In this document: positions 61,001 to 64,000 of the stretch, piece after piece
How the letters are laid out: each line of letters begins with the position of its first letter
Position numbering within the stretch: the stretch's first letter is position 1
From: the human T2T-CHM13v2.0 reference genome, Homo sapiens
Assembly (NCBI RefSeq): GCF_009914755.1
Contig: NC_060928.1
Reading direction: 5' to 3' (one strand)
Length of the DNA: 64,000 bases
Program-made: the position numbers and the translations under genes
The notes under the pieces: model-generated
The model's input: the letters and a program-made list of their open reading frames with translations, nothing else
Databases searched by the model: none
What the model was told of the DNA's origin: nothing

Positions 61001-64000
61001 ATATTTATCATATTCACTGATGGTAGTTTGTATTTCTGTGGGGTCAGTGGTTTTATCAGTTTTTATTGTTTCAATTTGATTCTTCTCTGTTTTCTTTTTT
61101 ATTAGTCTAGCTACCGGTTTATTTATTATATTTTTTCAAAAAAACAGCTCCCAGATTCATTTATTTTTGAAGTATTTTTCATATCTCTATCTCCTTCAGT
61201 TCTACTCTGATCTTAGTTATTTCTTGTCTTCTGCTAGCTTTTGGATTTGTTTGCTCTTGCTTCTCCAGTTTTTTTAATTGTGATGTTAGGGTGTTGATTT
61301 GAGATCCTTCTAGCTTTCTGTTGTGGGCATTTAGTGCTATAAATTTCCCTCTTAATACTGCTTTAGCTGCATTCCAGAGATTCTGGTACATTGTCTCTTT
61401 GTTATCATTAGTTTCAAAGAACTTCTTGATTTCTGCCTTAATTTCATTATTTACCCAGTAGTCATTCAGGAGCAGGTTGGTCAATTTCCATATAGTTGTG
61501 TAATTTTTAGTGAGTTTCCTAATCTTGAGTTTTAATATGATTGCCCTGTGGTCTGATAGACTGTTATAATTTCAGTTATTTTGCATTTGCTGAGGAGTAT
61601 TTTAATTCCAATTATATGGTCAATTTTAGAGTAAGTGTCATGTGACACTAAGAAGAATGTATATCCTGTTGTTCTGGGATGGAAAGTTCTGCAGATATTT
61701 ATCAGTTCCACTTAATCCAGAGCTGAGTTCAAGTCCTAAATATCTTTGATAATTTTCTGCCTTATTGATCAGTCTAATATTGATAGTGGGGTGTCAAATA
61801 TAGTCTCCCATTATTATTGTGTGGGAGTCTAAATCTCTTTGTAAGTCTGTAAGAACTTGTTTTATGAATCTGGGTGATCCTCAGTTGGGTGCATATATAT
61901 TTAGGATAGTTAGCTCCTCTTGTTGAATTGAACTTTTTACCATTATGTAATGCCTTTGTGTGTCTTTTTTGATCTTTGTTGGTTTAAATTCTGTTTTGTC
62001 AGAGACTAGGATTGCAATCCCTGCTTCTTTTTACTTTCCATTTGCTTGGTAAATCTTCCTCCATCCCTTTATTTTGAGCCTATGTGTCTTTGCACTGAGA
62101 CAGGTCTCTTGAATACAGCATACCAATGGGTCTTGACTCTTTATCCAATTTGCCAGTCTGTGTCTTTTAATTGGGGCATTTAGCCCATTTACATTTAAGG
62201 TTAATATTGTTATGTGTGAATTTGATCCTGTCACATGATGTTAGGTGGTTATTTTGCATATTAGTTGATGTAATTTCTTCATAGTATAATTTGTCTTTAT
62301 ATTTTGGTGTGTTTTTGCAGTGGCTGGTACCAGTTTTTCCTTTCCATATTTAGTGCTTCTTTCAGGAGCTCTTGCAAGGCAGTAGTGATAAAGTCCCTCA
62401 GCATTTGCTTGTCTGGAGAGAATTTTATTTCTCCTTCATTTATGAAGCTTAGTTTGGCTGGATATGAAATTCTGGGTTGAAAATTCTTTCCTTTAAGAAT
62501 GTTGAATATTGGTCTTCCCTCTTTTCCCGGCTTGTAGGGTTTCTTCTGAGAGCTCCATTGTTATTCTGATGGGCTTCCCTTTGTAGGTGTCCGGTCTTTC
62601 TCTCTGGCTGCCATTAACATTTTCCCCATCATTTCAACCTTGGAGAATCTGATGATTATGTGTCTTGGGGTTGATTTTCTCATGGAGTATCTTAGTTGTG
62701 TTCTCTGCATTTCCTGAATTTGAATTTTGACCTGTCTTGCTAGACTGGGGAAGTACTCCTGGTTAATATTCTGATGTGTCTTTTCCAACTTGGCTCTATT
62801 CTCCCCACCTCTTTCAGGCACTCCAGTAAATCATAGGTTTGGTCTTTTTGCATGGTCCCGTATTTCTCATAGGTTTTTGTTTGTTTCCTTCTCATTCTTT
62901 TATCTCTAATCTTGTCTGCCTGCCTTATTTCAGCAAGATGGTCTTCAATTTCTTTATTTTTTCTTCTGCATGATTGATTCGACTATTGATACTTGTGTAT
63001 GCTTCATGAAGTTCTCATGTCATGTGTTTCAGCTCCATCAGGTCATTTATGTTCCTGACTAAACTGGCTCTTCTAGTTAGCAGCTCCTGCAACCTTTTAT
63101 CAAGGTTCTTAAGTTGTTTGTGCTGGATTAGAACACACAACTTTACCTCAGTGGAATTTATTATAACCTACCTTCTGAAGCCTACTTCTGTCAATTTGCC
63201 CATCTCATCCTCCATCCAGTTCATCCAACTCTGCACCCTTGCTGGAGAGGTGTCGCAACCATTTGGAGGAGAAAAGGCACTCTGGCCTTCTGTGTTTTCA
63301 GTTTCAGGTTTCTGTGGGGACTTTTTTTGTTGATGCTGTTGTTGCTTTCTGTTCGTTTTTCTTTCAATAGACAGGTCCCTCTCCTATAGGGCTGCTGCAG
63401 TCTTCTGGGCGTTAACTTCAGGCTCTATTAATCTGGTTCACCCATGTGCCTGGAGATGTCACTTGAGGAGGCTGAAGAACATCAAAGATGGGTGCCTGCT
63501 CCTTACTCTGAGATCTCTGACCTTGAGGGACACCTACCTGATGCCAGTAGGGTCACTCCTGTATAGGGTGTCTGACAACCTCTGTTGGAGGGTTTCTCCC
63601 AGTTTGGTGGCACAGGGAACAGGACCCATTTAACAAAGCACTTTGGCTGTCCCTTGGTGGAAGGGGTAAGCTGTGCTGGGGGAAACCCACTCAACTGATC
63701 TGCCTAAATTCCTCAGATCTACTAAGAAAGACTAAGTCTGCTGGTCAGCAGAGACTATGGCCACCCCTTTCCCTAGGGGCTCAGGCCCAGGAAGATCAGA
63801 GTTCTGCCCCTGAACCCTTGGCTGGAGTTGTTGGAGTTCTTGCAGGGAGGCCCCATTCAGTGAGGAGCAATGGATTAGGGTCCAGCCTGAAGAGGCACTC
63901 TGGCCACAGTATCCCACAGCCAGTGTGTTGTCCTGTGGGGAATACCTCTTAGGAGCAAGCCATCCAGCCTCCCTGACTCCAGCAGAGGAAAGGCGTAGAC
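58041..64000 (-). mobile_element. L1PA8-like LINE-1, probably full length and running off the window; ORFs disabled
   Basis: 3'UTR taggttttaagccccacatgcatt; ORF2 ATG at 62234 (MTGSNSHITIL); ORF1 fragments at 62300-63290; 5'UTR to the window end. Confidence 0.9.
60166..60480. repeat. 159-bp-period tandem duplication within the L1PA8 RT region
   Basis: Copies 60166-60321 and 60325-60480 differ at 2 positions; junction filler gta. Confidence 0.95.

Overview
Primate DNA, most likely human (a young AluY carries 5 of the 6 AluYg6-type diagnostic changes as I recall them). It is AT-rich intergenic or intronic sequence, roughly three-quarters transposable-element derived. I see no supportable host exon, RNA gene, CRISPR array or prokaryotic system, and most ORFs in the track are Alu, L1 or LTR fragments. 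Main structures: (1) an old L1M broken by three Alus (4.5-7.6 kb); (2) a full-length L1PA5-like element nested in the endonuclease region of a deleted L1PA6-like element (9.5-19.1 kb); (3) a complete THE1D MaLR (21.0-23.3 kb); (4) a likely degenerate hAT transposase fossil (28.4-29.3 kb, minus strand); (5) an LTR pile-up on an old ERVL provirus with THE1B, THE1A, MER52, an ERV1 LTR and an Alu, followed by MER21 and MER41A (33.7-42.4 kb); (6) a near full-length L1PA16-like element containing MLT2A2, AluY and a twin-primed L1PA3 (47.8-57.4 kb); (7) an L1PA8-like element with a recent 159-bp tandem duplication (58-64 kb). The best novelty candidates are an intact, extended L1 ORF0 fused in frame across a deletion junction and lying downstream of a second L1 antisense promoter, the hAT fossil, and a cluster of DUX4-consensus sites in LTRs. 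Subfamily names come from remembered consensus sequences and need RepeatMasker/Dfam confirmation.
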